This document shows positions 49,441-59,342 of a stretch of DNA of 64,000 nt, one piece after another (position 1 is the stretch's first letter; every line of letters begins with the position of its first letter). Source of the stretch: Candidatus Atabeyarchaeum deiterrae (GTDB taxonomy: Archaea; Asgardarchaeota; Atabeyarchaeia; Atabeyarchaeales; Atabeyarchaeaceae). The stretch spans positions 1,888,001 through 1,952,000 of the forward strand of contig CP147780.1 in assembly GCA_037310415.1 (NCBI GenBank). Direction: 5' to 3'. The position numbers and the translations under genes were made by a program. The notes below the pieces were generated by a model. It did not search any database. It saw only the letters and a list, made by a program, of their open reading frames with translations, and was not told where the DNA came from.

Positions 49441-50112
49441 CTAGCGACTGTTATGTGAATGAGATTTCACCCAGTTATATTCGTCAGCAATCTTGGCTAA
49501 TGTCTTCCCCTTGTATCTCCTGCGGATCTGCTTTTCAACTTCGTTCCTAGTCATTCCTGCCGATCTCGCACGGTCACTTAGAACCTCCTTGATGTCACTC
49601 TGCACATCTGTCAGAAACTCCAAGTAACCGTCTGCAGTTTCACGAACCCGGCTGTTCCTGGCCTTGGACATCTTCCTGATTCTGATATCCCACATCACGA
49701 ATATCTCTGGGTTAAGCAAGTGGAGGGTTTTGGAAATCGTGGTTGGACTACCTAAATAAGGTAGCGGATCCAGCGTCTCGTATATTGTTCTAATGGCATT
49801 GGAAGACGTTCCATCACGGAAGTCGATGGTTGGGAACCTACTGCCCCTGATCACCTCAAACTCGCCCCTTAAACTGCGAAGCGTTCGACCAAGCAGAGAC
49901 CAGCTCAACGTCTTCCTGCCTACTACTCTTGCTAGACCGCCCCATTTGACGAGGAACTGCTTGATTATTCGTGCAAGGTGCTTAGTATCGTCTAGCCTGC
50001 CCATGTCCTCTTGGACACTTCTCAGCTTGCTGATAGAGTCGAAGTAAATGTCGTCGATTGATCCAAGTTCATTCGCTTCATCAACCGTCTGTACCAGATC
50101 ATCGTACTTCAT
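49441..50112 (-). CDS. Hypothetical protein, possible helical DNA glycosylase-like fold
   Basis: FLVKWG, PTTISKTLHLLNPEIFVMWD.RI, TLAKIADEYNW. Confidence 0.6.
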   Translation of the reverse strand: MKYDDLVQTVDEANELGSIDDIYFDSISKLRSVQEDMGRLDDTKHLARIIKQFLVKWGGLARVVGRKTLSWSLLGRTLRSLRGEFEVIRGSRFPTIDFRDGTSSNAIRTIYETLDPLPYLGSPTTISKTLHLLNPEIFVMWDIRIRKMSKARNSRVRETADGYLEFLTDVQSDIKEVLSDRARSAGMTRNEVEKQIRRRYKGKTLAKIADEYNWVKSHSHNSR

Positions 50113-50260
50113 GTGTTCGTCCCACGGTTGACTACACTAAGTCCGTTACTTATTTGCTTCGCGAAGGGGATAGGTCGGCGCCCTTAGATCCCAGACAATA
50201 AAAATAAAAGAGTGGTAAATGTTCTGAAATATCAAGACTCGAGAATGTCATTGGCAAGGG

Positions 50261-50626
50261 GTGAGGAATCCGATGTGCCCTCATTATTGGTCATTAAGAG
50301 GAAGGACGACTTGCCCAAACTGCGGAGCAGGCATGGATAGACCAAGAAGAGATGAAGTGCTTCATTGCCAACGGTGCGGCGCCACTGTAGAGGAGGCTAG
50401 GGGCTTGGGCGGTGCTCTCTTAGGCGACGTAGAGCTGGTCACAGACCCAGAGAGGTCTGAGCCAGGGGAAGTTGACTTGACTGAACAAGAGGCAGAGGAT
50501 AAGTGGAGACGAGACCACGAAGACCAGCGTACTGAGGTCAACTACTGCGAGTTTTGCGGCGCAAAGATCAAGGAGTCAAATACGAAGTTCTGTCCGAATT
50601 GTGGCGCAAGCCTTGAGACCGACTGA
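50261..50626 (+). CDS. Zinc-ribbon protein
   Basis: CPNCG, CQRCG, YCEFCGA..KFCPNCGA. Confidence 0.65.
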   Translation: MRNPMCPHYWSLRGRTTCPNCGAGMDRPRRDEVLHCQRCGATVEEARGLGGALLGDVELVTDPERSEPGEVDLTEQEAEDKWRRDHEDQRTEVNYCEFCGAKIKESNTKFCPNCGASLETD

Positions 50627-50990
50627 GTTAGTTTTTTCCGTCTCTCGACCGAACTAGGATGGATCTCTCGTCTTAGCCAAAAGATACGCAAAGATGATGG
50701 GAAACGGTTCGAATAGTTACTTTGAGGAGTCATTAACTTCGGATTTCGCTGGGAAACATGAAGGGCAATGAGATAACTCATACAGCGAAATTGAAATCGC
50801 TGTCTTGGTAATATGGCGAAATGTGTTGGAGGCGCGGATTAACTGTTTCTTCTTTTGGAAGAAAATCCCCTCCCCTCCTCCCCGCGCCTCCGACCTTATA
50901 TTCACAAAGTATCCATCATAAATTACTAGCATCCTGCATTATTCATTTGACATGCGCCGACTTTTCAATTCTCCACTCGTGCTTCTCAGC

Positions 50991-51614
50991 TTATCCCCAT
51001 TTTTTCATGAACTTCTCTGCCTTTTTTTTCGTGGCGGGTCGACTGTTCCTTAGTTCAACTCTAATGAAATCAAGTGCCTTCTCCCTCTCTTTGAGATCCA
51101 TAAAGTAGGTGTCGAGGGTAGATATTATGTGACCTTTGAGTACATTCTTGCACTCGGAGCCATGGTGCGTTTGATTGATGCTCAACAACGCATCTGTGAT
51201 TCTTGTCTGCAGTTCTGGTTTCGCCTTTGCGATGATCGCAGATACGCCAATAAGGCTGGCAGCTGTGATCATGCTTTCATCGTTAAGTAGCTTGTAGAGT
51301 TTTTCGAACAACCTAGCGATCTTGTTTTCCGAATCGACTCTTGTGAGATGCCCTATGATGAAAACCCCATCACACTTGAGGAAGGTGTTGCTACTATCCA
51401 GCATATCTGCAAAAAAGTCCCATTTAGGGTACAGAACTTGGGGGTTCCTCTCTCCAATAATCCTCAGTACTTTTGCGTTGCCATACTTGACTCTTGCCTT
51501 ATCAGATGAAATGCCTTGAAATACTTCGGAAAGCAACTTCTGGTCTTTCATCACTCTCTCTGCGATCCTCTCTGCGCCAACGTTCTTTTTCTCTAGGTCA
51601 GATGATAAACTCAA
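50991..51614 (-). CDS. HEAT/ARM-repeat-like hypothetical protein
   Basis: RVKYGNAKVL...P..LYP.WD, DESMITAA, AKAKPEL, KKKAEKF. Confidence 0.75.
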   Translation of the reverse strand: MSLSSDLEKKNVGAERIAERVMKDQKLLSEVFQGISSDKARVKYGNAKVLRIIGERNPQVLYPKWDFFADMLDSSNTFLKCDGVFIIGHLTRVDSENKIARLFEKLYKLLNDESMITAASLIGVSAIIAKAKPELQTRITDALLSINQTHHGSECKNVLKGHIISTLDTYFMDLKEREKALDFIRVELRNSRPATKKKAEKFMKKWG

Positions 51615-52003
51615 ACTATCACATCCTTTTGATCGTTGAATTATCTAATGACTAGAAAGGTGCCGAGGGCACCCTGAGTTCTAGCTGCTCACACGTTTTC
51701 TAGGATTGGATGTGTGGACAAGTTAAACCTTGCCATCGTTCAAGCTTAACTCCTGGGCATGAGGGATTCAGGAACTCGACAGTCCAAGACCTTGCAGGTC
51801 CACCTGCGAGGCGGCCGTGAGATTCAGGAATCAAACATTTGTATGATCTGAGGACTGAAATACACTTTGCGTTACGCGATTTCACGTATTTCTTGACATA
51901 ACTAAACAAGTGTTTAGCGTTTTGACGCCTAATGTTAAATAGTTATACGGAACAATGATACTTCAAAACGTTTGAGTCAAGGAAGATTAGAGGTGCAAAG
52001 AGA

Positions 52004-52144
52004 ATGAAAGAGTGCAAATATGCACATAGGTTGGAGAGCGGGAAACCCGAATGCAAGGATTCTTCAATGGTCTTGTATGTCGGACTGTATTGTGACCCTG
52101 CCATGTGTGAGAAGGTCAGGAAAGGCGAAATAAAGGCAATATAG
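52004..52144 (+). CDS. 46-aa four-Cys small protein
   Basis: MKECKYAHRLESGKPECKDSSMVLYVGLYCDPAMCEKVRKGEIKAI; GAGGTG RBS at 51990; AT-rich promoter upstream. Confidence 0.55.
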   Translation: MKECKYAHRLESGKPECKDSSMVLYVGLYCDPAMCEKVRKGEIKAI

Positions 52145-52335
52145 AGAAATTCGGGTGCTCAGCTAATCTAAGGATCAACAGCTTTCATGCCGGAAAAGGA
52201 ACTCGTATCGTCGCCTCCTATTGCTGCCTTCGTGCGAGTGCTTGCGCGCCGTGTGGGAGGAAAAGCTTATCCCTCACAACATGCAGATCGCTGAGGTGAG
52301 ATCGAGGAAGGCTTGGAGATGTTTGGTGTCTTCTG

Positions 52336-53709
52336 ATGAAAGCAAGATTCGAGAGATATCATGTTGAAGTGAAGGATGCCCCTCCAAAATTCAAGATACC
52401 GAGTCGATTCATAGTAGAGCGGTACAACAACTGTGACAATGTTCAGGAATGTGTTCAATCATGCATATACGGTGTTCATGTGGTAGGCAAGGACAATAAG
52501 ATTGCTGAGCCCATCAATGAACTGTGCAGAGGATGCTATGTCTGTGTCCAAAAGTGTCCTGATCTCGCCATCTCTGTTAGGGATAATCCAGCGTTTCTAG
52601 CACTTGGCAATTCGTATTTTACGTCAGATCGGATGAAGACAATCTTTTTTGAGGCAGAGACAGGTCGGGTGCCCGTGTCTGGAACTGGTTACAGTGGTTC
52701 TTTTGCCGGAAAAGGTTTCGACGGAATCTGGTTCGATTTCTCGGAAATCGTAAGACCGACACGCGACGGGATTCACGGCAGAGAATATATATCCACATCA
52801 GTCGACTTGGGAAAAAAACCGTCATGCCTCGCTTTTGATGAGAAGGGAAAGCTGCTCTCCGAGAATCTGAACCTAGTGGAGATCCCTATTCCAACAATTC
52901 TTGATGCTCCAGCAGATTGTGCATCGTCGAAACCTCTGTTCCTCGCGGTGGTGAAGGCGGCTTCAAAGCTCGGGACATTTGCGACTGTCAGTTTGAAAGA
53001 CAGTCATATCGATCTACTTCCTTACGCTTCGAACATCATGCTGAAGTTGAGTCCCGACGAAATTGAAGCAGCTGAAGACATGATCCGTCTCTCTAGGATC
53101 GTTGAAATCAACCTTCAGAATGGAGACTCTGACGTAGAAGGTTGCATTAGAAGAACAAAAAAGATCAATCCTTCCGTACTGGTCGCGTTCGGTTCTTCTT
53201 ATGATGAACATTCTCACGAGAAAGCATACACGCTTACCGAAAAAGGCGCGGATGTAATTCATTTCCACACGCCTGATGAGGTTGCCGAGCACAACCCTGA
53301 CTTCATCACTGCCGCGATCCATCGCGTTCACTCACATCTTGTTGAGAAGAATGTGCGTGACAAAGTCACTTTTGTCCATAGTGGGGGAATTGCCGAGGCG
53401 GCACATGTACCAAAATCCATTATCCTGGGGGCGGATGCCGTCGGCATCGGTTCGGTATATCAGATTGCTTTGGGATGCAAACTGTGCAATGACAATCAGC
53501 GCTCCGGTGAGTGTCAACTGAAGATTGAAGATCAAGGTGTTGAATGGGCAGTTCAGAGGATCGTCAACCTTGTTGGGTCATGGAGAGATCAGCTCCTTGA
53601 GGTCATGGGCGGAATGGGCCTACGAGAAGTAAGGAGGCAAAGAGGAGAGACGGGTCGAGCGATGTTCTACCAAGACTTGGAGACAAAGATTTTTGGAGGG
53701 AAAGCATAA
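52336..53709 (+). CDS. Ferredoxin + degenerate FMN-binding glutamate synthase-like subunit
   Basis: CRGCYVCVQKCP, SEIVRPTRDGIHGRE, SGGIAEAAHVPKSIILGAD; lacks GAKPGxGG. Confidence 0.82.
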   Translation: MKARFERYHVEVKDAPPKFKIPSRFIVERYNNCDNVQECVQSCIYGVHVVGKDNKIAEPINELCRGCYVCVQKCPDLAISVRDNPAFLALGNSYFTSDRMKTIFFEAETGRVPVSGTGYSGSFAGKGFDGIWFDFSEIVRPTRDGIHGREYISTSVDLGKKPSCLAFDEKGKLLSENLNLVEIPIPTILDAPADCASSKPLFLAVVKAASKLGTFATVSLKDSHIDLLPYASNIMLKLSPDEIEAAEDMIRLSRIVEINLQNGDSDVEGCIRRTKKINPSVLVAFGSSYDEHSHEKAYTLTEKGADVIHFHTPDEVAEHNPDFITAAIHRVHSHLVEKNVRDKVTFVHSGGIAEAAHVPKSIILGADAVGIGSVYQIALGCKLCNDNQRSGECQLKIEDQGVEWAVQRIVNLVGSWRDQLLEVMGGMGLREVRRQRGETGRAMFYQDLETKIFGGKA

Positions 53710-55256
53710 CGCAAGAGCAGGTTCTTTTCAGCAAACCTAAGGTGGCACCCGCGCCTCCAATTTCTCCATGTCGCATGGAAAAGTATGAGGTGATCATTGA
53801 CAAGGCAAAATGCACGGAGTGCGCCAGCTGTCTTGAAATATGCCCGGAATATTTAGCCCAAGCACCCGTGCCCTATGAGGCGTTCAAGAAGCCTGAGGGT
53901 CGGATTATCCTCCGGAATCCGCTGAGCGTGTGCATTGGTACTGACTGCAGAAGATGCGAGGAGGCATGCGAAGCACGCGGATTGTTGGTCAGAGTCAGCC
54001 CTCAATACCTCGCGCTTGGCGACCTGCGCTGGACCGCCGACCTAATACTGTCGAGTTGGGAAGAAGCAGAACTTGGCAAAGTCTCCGGAAGACTTGAACA
54101 CAGGATCGGCAACTCAGGCGGAGGTTTTGACAGACTTAGATTTGACTTCGAGTCAAACGAAACGAAGCCTTATAATTATGACGCGTTCGAAAATGCAGAT
54201 GTGGACACTTCGATTTCCCTTAATGTGAGGGACGATGGTAGACCAAGAATCGAGATCCCCATACCAGTTTACGGTGCGGATATGTCCTTCGGCTCGATAA
54301 GCCTGAACGTTATGCTGGCGAGGGCACAGGCGGCAACGGATTGGAACACTTTCACGAGCACGGGAGAAGGAGGCTATCCGAATGAGCTGGTTCCATACAA
54401 GGATCATGTCATTACTCAAGTTGCGACGGGTCATTTTGGCGTGAACGCCGAGACGTTGAAGAGAGCTCGGATCATTGTCCTGAAGTACGCTCAAGGCGCG
54501 AAGCCTGGTCTTGGAGGACATCTGCTTGCTGACAAAGTGACTCCGCAGGTTGCGCAGCTTCGTGAAGTTGTGCCATTCATAAGTCTGTTTTCTCCTTTCC
54601 CCTTTCACAACGTATACTCTGTGGAAGACCATTACAGACATGTCCAACTAATGAAAGACGTGAACTCGAGAGCCCTAGTTTCAGTCAAAGTTTCTACTCC
54701 GACAGACGTAGACATGGTTGCAATTGGAAGCTATTACGCGGGCGCCAACATACTGCAGATCGACGGAGGAATGGGGGGAACGGGTGCTGCTCCCGACATT
54801 GCCAAGAAGAATATTGCCATGCCGATTGAGTATGCGATTCCGATTGTTCACAACTACTTGGTTGGCGAAGGGGTAAGGGATGAGATCGTGATAATGGCGA
54901 GCGGTGGAATAAGAACCGCATTCGATGTCGCAAAGATCATCGCATTAGGAGCGGATGGAGCTGTGATAGGAACATCTGAGCTTGTTGCACTCGGATGCAC
55001 CAGATGCGAAAACTGTGAAAGAGGAAGGGGATGTCCCTCAGGCATAGCAACCACTGATCCCTTTCTGACGAGCCAAGTCAAGATAGAATGGGGTGCCCAG
55101 AGAGTGACCAACTTATACAATTCATGGAAAAAACAGTGGCACTACATTCTGACAAAATTGGGGCTCAGAAGCATAAGAGAACTCCGCCCCAAAAACGAGG
55201 TTAGGTTCAAGGATGGTATGTTCGGTCACCTTATCCACCTTGACCATTTGAGGTGA
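53706..55256 (+). CDS. Ferredoxin + FMN-binding glutamate synthase subunit (GltB2-like); start ATA 53706 or GTG 53742
   Basis: CTECASCLEICP, MSFGS, TGEGG, QVATGHFGV, AQGAKPGLGGHL, GGTGAAP, CTRCENC..CPSGIATTD. Confidence 0.9.
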   Translation: MTQEQVLFSKPKVAPAPPISPCRMEKYEVIIDKAKCTECASCLEICPEYLAQAPVPYEAFKKPEGRIILRNPLSVCIGTDCRRCEEACEARGLLVRVSPQYLALGDLRWTADLILSSWEEAELGKVSGRLEHRIGNSGGGFDRLRFDFESNETKPYNYDAFENADVDTSISLNVRDDGRPRIEIPIPVYGADMSFGSISLNVMLARAQAATDWNTFTSTGEGGYPNELVPYKDHVITQVATGHFGVNAETLKRARIIVLKYAQGAKPGLGGHLLADKVTPQVAQLREVVPFISLFSPFPFHNVYSVEDHYRHVQLMKDVNSRALVSVKVSTPTDVDMVAIGSYYAGANILQIDGGMGGTGAAPDIAKKNIAMPIEYAIPIVHNYLVGEGVRDEIVIMASGGIRTAFDVAKIIALGADGAVIGTSELVALGCTRCENCERGRGCPSGIATTDPFLTSQVKIEWGAQRVTNLYNSWKKQWHYILTKLGLRSIRELRPKNEVRFKDGMFGHLIHLDHLR

Positions 55257-55260
55257 TCAA

Positions 55261-57837
55261 ATGAACACGCAAAGAGCTAGATTTGTATCACCAATGAAGT
55301 CAACAGACCGCGCCGTCGACACAAAAGGTGACTCGAGAGTTGCAGAAGGTGGATGCGGCGTCCTAGGAGTTGCGTGTTCTGTCCCAATAGAAGGAAGACA
55401 CCTGCTACAGCCAATGCTACAAATGCACAACCGTGGTAATGGCAAAGGCGGCGGTATCGCCGCAGTCGGGCTTTCCAACCAACAGTTAGGAGTCTCAAGA
55501 AAGGTTCTGGAAAAAGACTACTTGCTGCAGATAGCCTACCTTGACCCTGAATCAAGAAGTCACGTTGAGGCTGAATTCATTGAACCAACTCTCAACGTCG
55601 ATTACGTAGAAAAGATCCCGACACTTTCTGATTACAGAAACCTGGGGTTGGAGGTTAGGCCACCGGAGGTCTGGAGATACTTTGTTCGTGCGAAAGACAG
55701 AGCACTAAGAGAATTCAGTGAGCAACATCTGTTCGAAAAGCTGGATGACCAGCACGCAGAGGACGAGTTTGTCTACAGGAACAGCTTTGCTTTGAACAAG
55801 AAGTTCTATGCTTCTCTTGGAGAGAAGAAAGCGTTTGTCGTCTCGCATGGCAAGAACATGATTGTCTTGAAAGTTGTCGGATACGCGGAAGATGTTCTGA
55901 AGTACTATAAGCTTGAGGATCTCGAAGCCCATGTCTGGATCGGTCATCAAAGATATCCAACAAAGGGCAAGGTTTGGCATCCTGGAGGATCACATCCATT
56001 TATCGGCCTTCACGATGCGCTTGTCCACAACGGTGACTTCGCGAACTATTACTCAATAACAGATTACCTCAAGCAGAGAGACTTGTATCCGCTTTTCTTA
56101 ACCGATACCGAAGTGGCCGCGCTATACTGGGACTTGTTGACGAGAACCTATCAATACCCATTAGAGTACGCTATAGAAGCAATAGCTCCAACGACCGAAA
56201 GAGACTTCGTGATGCTCCCGGAAGAGAAGAAGAAGGTCTACCGCGCAATCCAAGCAACACACATGCATGGATCCCCAGATGGCCCGTGGTTTTTCATCAT
56301 TGCCAGAAATGACCCTCACAAAAAACTGCTTCAGCTCATAGGAATAACTGACACCTCAATGCTCAGGCCGCAGGTTTTCGCACTTCAAGAAGGAAACGTG
56401 AAGATAGGGCTTATCGCATCCGAAAAGCAAGCAATTGATGCAATGATATCTAGCTTAGCGCAGGATGGCAACAAATTCTATCCGATGGCTGATCAATACT
56501 GGTACGCTAGGGGCGGAAGTTATACCGATGGCGGAGCGTTCATATTCACTGTTGACCAGTCTGGCAAAGACCTGATATGCACCGACAAGTTCGGTCAACG
56601 CATCTCAACTGCAAGGCAGCGTCACTATTCCAGGGAAAGCGTCGCCGGCGGCAGCCATCAAAAGCGTTTCGTTAACGTTGACGAAATTCTGACAAGAAGG
56701 ATAGGAGGAACGGGTGAACTTGTCGACCTTGTTTCAGAGAACCTTAAGCACTGGAACCTTGGTGAACTAGGTTACCTTGTAGAAAAACTGAGGACATTTG
56801 CTGAAAAGGGCGATGATGAGCGATCCTACGCGGTCGAGGTCTTCACCCATATCATTGACAGAAGGCTCGACACGGGAGACAAGAAGAGAAGCGATGTAGT
56901 GTCCCTAGTAGAGGAACAGCTTTTCGAACTCTTCAATTTCGTTCCTCAAGTCGAATCTAGTTCGAATGGACGATACAACCTAGTCAACTGGGAGGAAAAG
57001 GGCAAGTTGAGGAGCCCCTTGAATTCTAATCAAACCTTGGTGATCGACGTTTACGACTTCAAGCCAGAGGGAGACGATGGGACATGTCAATTCCTTGAGA
57101 AAGCATGCCAACTCGGATGGCGGAACATCATCGCCTACAACTTCAGGGGACAAAGAAACTTTGGAGCTGGTTTGATAACCAGAGACAAGCTTAGAATCGA
57201 CGTCTATGGAAGAGTAGGAGATTGCCTAGCTGCTTTCGCAGACGGTCCAGAATTCTACGTGCACGAGAGCGCCCAGGACTCAGTCGCCTACTGTTTCAAG
57301 TCTGGAAAACTTGTCATCTATGGAGACGCAGGAAAAGCATTTGAGTACGGTGCTAAAGGCGGAATCACATACATCTTGGGCGACTTGAATGACAGACCTC
57401 TAATCAATTCGGTTGGAAGTGCGACTGCCTTGATAAACGGGTCATGCAAGGACTACATGGGCGAGTCATGCATGGCTGCTAACGGGTTCATTATTCTGAA
57501 TGGTGTCCGATTCAACGAACATGGAAGACCTGTAGAACAAGAGACTCCCTACCAGGGAGGAAATCTCTTCCCCTTGGCCGCCGCAGGCGCAGTATATCTG
57601 AGAGATCCACGCCAGACGGTTGGCGAGGACCAACTTAATGGCGCACAAATCGTGTCACTGTCTGCGCATGACTGGCAAAGGGTCTTGCCGCTTCTAGAGG
57701 AAAATGAGCGCCTGTTCGGGATAAGCATTGAGAATCTTCTCACTGTTGATGGAGTCATAAGGGAACCAGAGGAAGTGTACAGAAAGGTCGTCCCGGTGGA
57801 AATTGGGGCGCTGGCGAGATATGAAAGCGGAGTTTAA
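55261..57837 (+). CDS. Glutamine amidotransferase type-2 + GXGXG domain protein (GltB1/GltB3-like fusion)
   Basis: GG-CGVLG, MHNRGNG.GGG, GHQRYPT, HPF, VHNGD, TDTE, DGPW, LRP; C-terminal Gly-rich beta-helix. GAGGTGA RBS. Confidence 0.88.
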   Translation: MNTQRARFVSPMKSTDRAVDTKGDSRVAEGGCGVLGVACSVPIEGRHLLQPMLQMHNRGNGKGGGIAAVGLSNQQLGVSRKVLEKDYLLQIAYLDPESRSHVEAEFIEPTLNVDYVEKIPTLSDYRNLGLEVRPPEVWRYFVRAKDRALREFSEQHLFEKLDDQHAEDEFVYRNSFALNKKFYASLGEKKAFVVSHGKNMIVLKVVGYAEDVLKYYKLEDLEAHVWIGHQRYPTKGKVWHPGGSHPFIGLHDALVHNGDFANYYSITDYLKQRDLYPLFLTDTEVAALYWDLLTRTYQYPLEYAIEAIAPTTERDFVMLPEEKKKVYRAIQATHMHGSPDGPWFFIIARNDPHKKLLQLIGITDTSMLRPQVFALQEGNVKIGLIASEKQAIDAMISSLAQDGNKFYPMADQYWYARGGSYTDGGAFIFTVDQSGKDLICTDKFGQRISTARQRHYSRESVAGGSHQKRFVNVDEILTRRIGGTGELVDLVSENLKHWNLGELGYLVEKLRTFAEKGDDERSYAVEVFTHIIDRRLDTGDKKRSDVVSLVEEQLFELFNFVPQVESSSNGRYNLVNWEEKGKLRSPLNSNQTLVIDVYDFKPEGDDGTCQFLEKACQLGWRNIIAYNFRGQRNFGAGLITRDKLRIDVYGRVGDCLAAFADGPEFYVHESAQDSVAYCFKSGKLVIYGDAGKAFEYGAKGGITYILGDLNDRPLINSVGSATALINGSCKDYMGESCMAANGFIILNGVRFNEHGRPVEQETPYQGGNLFPLAAAGAVYLRDPRQTVGEDQLNGAQIVSLSAHDWQRVLPLLEENERLFGISIENLLTVDGVIREPEEVYRKVVPVEIGALARYESGV

Positions 57838-58045
57838 CGGCTTCCATTGACCATGGCAGCTCCCGTTAACATAACCTGCCTCCTACGTTTTCTAGGTTTC
57901 CGCGTGGGATAAAAAAAACAGCCATCAGAAAACAGGAAGTGCGGTTAGGCTGAAATGAGGGAGCAAGTCTTTGAAGACTCAATGCCCATAGATATGGCTC
58001 TCTGGCTTTGCAATGAGATTCGAGAAGAGATTGCTCACAGGAGAT

Positions 58046-58588
58046 TCAGTTTGATGATTTCGCATTCTGAGGTATGCTCTCAAGCTTGGCTATCTGTTTC
58101 ATAGTCTCCTCGTATTTGCGAGTAGATTTGAACGACCTCCATCTCTGCAGGCGCACCAAGAATACACTGGTAATTGCTATGAAAAACGCGAGACATGCAA
58201 ATCTGAAAACCCAAATCAGAAGATCTGCGGGACCCGTATGTAATATGAACCTGACGACCTCTTCGGCAGCAAATACGAAGAAGATAACCGAGAAGTAGAG
58301 ACGAGTTCGATCGAGTTTCCTTCCGAGGGCTGACCCCTCGATTTCACCAAGCCCATGCCTCCAAACTTTCTTGTAGTACCTTTTTGCTCTGCGAACCTCA
58401 CCTTGGCTAAGAATGTAGGTGAATGCGACAGCTATCACATATACGAGGAAGGCCACGCCAAGCAATACGAGTATTATTAGGATGATGATGGCGCCATCGT
58501 TTGAACCCGAAGAGATTCCCGAGAAGTCCCAACTACCTTTAGACCACTTCCTTCTGTTCCTTTCCTGACTGTGAGGATCATTCGACAT
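58046..58588 (-). CDS. Three-TM membrane protein
   Basis: Three hydrophobic helices; GGAGA upstream. Confidence 0.65.
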   Translation of the reverse strand: MSNDPHSQERNRRKWSKGSWDFSGISSGSNDGAIIILIILVLLGVAFLVYVIAVAFTYILSQGEVRRAKRYYKKVWRHGLGEIEGSALGRKLDRTRLYFSVIFFVFAAEEVVRFILHTGPADLLIWVFRFACLAFFIAITSVFLVRLQRWRSFKSTRKYEETMKQIAKLESIPQNAKSSN

Positions 58589-58801
58589 GTCTTCACTTCT
58601 CTTCCTTCAGTAGGCAACGGACTACAGTCAGATGCTCTCAAACCAAAAGCTGGAGACCATATCGCCGGTCCATTAGTTTCAAGTGATTAACCGATTCTTG
58701 GTTTCGACTACGCTTCCGTATGACGAAAGACTTCTTCCCTATCTCGTTCTTGATCATCTGAACGATGTTATAAGTTCAATGATTGATGGTTGGGCTCACA
58801 T

Positions 58802-59341
58802 CTACTCGATCAATAGGAAGGCATAGCGGTTCATGGTATCCGAGTAATTCCTGAGGACTTCAATCGGATAGCCCAACGACCTCACGGTAGCGAAGACATC
58901 GACAGCCATCGCGTCGGAAGTAGGTCGCGAGAGCTTGGGTTGTTTGCATGTTTGTCTGTTCCCTGTGCATTCTTCGCATAGCCCGCAACTATCCATGACG
59001 AGGAGAAATGCTTTCCGGTAACCTAATAGGAAGACCTCTTTTTCCAACTCAAGAAGTTTCAGATTCACTTCTTTTGACCATGCGTGTCGGTCTTCTGGTT
59101 TGGCCACCTTCTTTGCGAAGTGAAAGACAGCTGCCTCGTTATATTCTTGGAAGAACTTCTCGCACTCTGAGACAGAAGGTGTATTTGGAGGGCATGAAGC
59201 ATTTCTGCCATACTCCCAACATCCAAACATGCATTTCATCCTCACCCATTGGGAGACCACGATTTCCTTTGGATCAATCCATTTGAAATCGTCGAATCCT
59301 TTTCTCAGGAATTTTTCCTCTAAATCGATCTTCATCTTCAA
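58802..59341 (-). CDS. DUF2284 metal-binding protein
   Basis: WVRMKCMFGC.EYG...CPP, C.LC.EC, C..P..SRP..DAM.VDVFATV. Confidence 0.88.
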   Translation of the reverse strand: MKMKIDLEEKFLRKGFDDFKWIDPKEIVVSQWVRMKCMFGCWEYGRNASCPPNTPSVSECEKFFQEYNEAAVFHFAKKVAKPEDRHAWSKEVNLKLLELEKEVFLLGYRKAFLLVMDSCGLCEECTGNRQTCKQPKLSRPTSDAMAVDVFATVRSLGYPIEVLRNYSDTMNRYAFLLIE

Positions 59342-59342
59342 G

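Noticed and set aside
28389-51614. Repair-gene enrichment (AlkD, AlkC-like, SplB-like, UDG fragment) as one system
   Set aside because: The genes are scattered, on different strands, interleaved with unrelated genes, and no shared upstream motif was seen.
51940-51970. Possible NrpR operator upstream of glutamate synthase
   Set aside because: The sequence GGAA-N6-TACT does not match the GGAA-N6-TTCC consensus.
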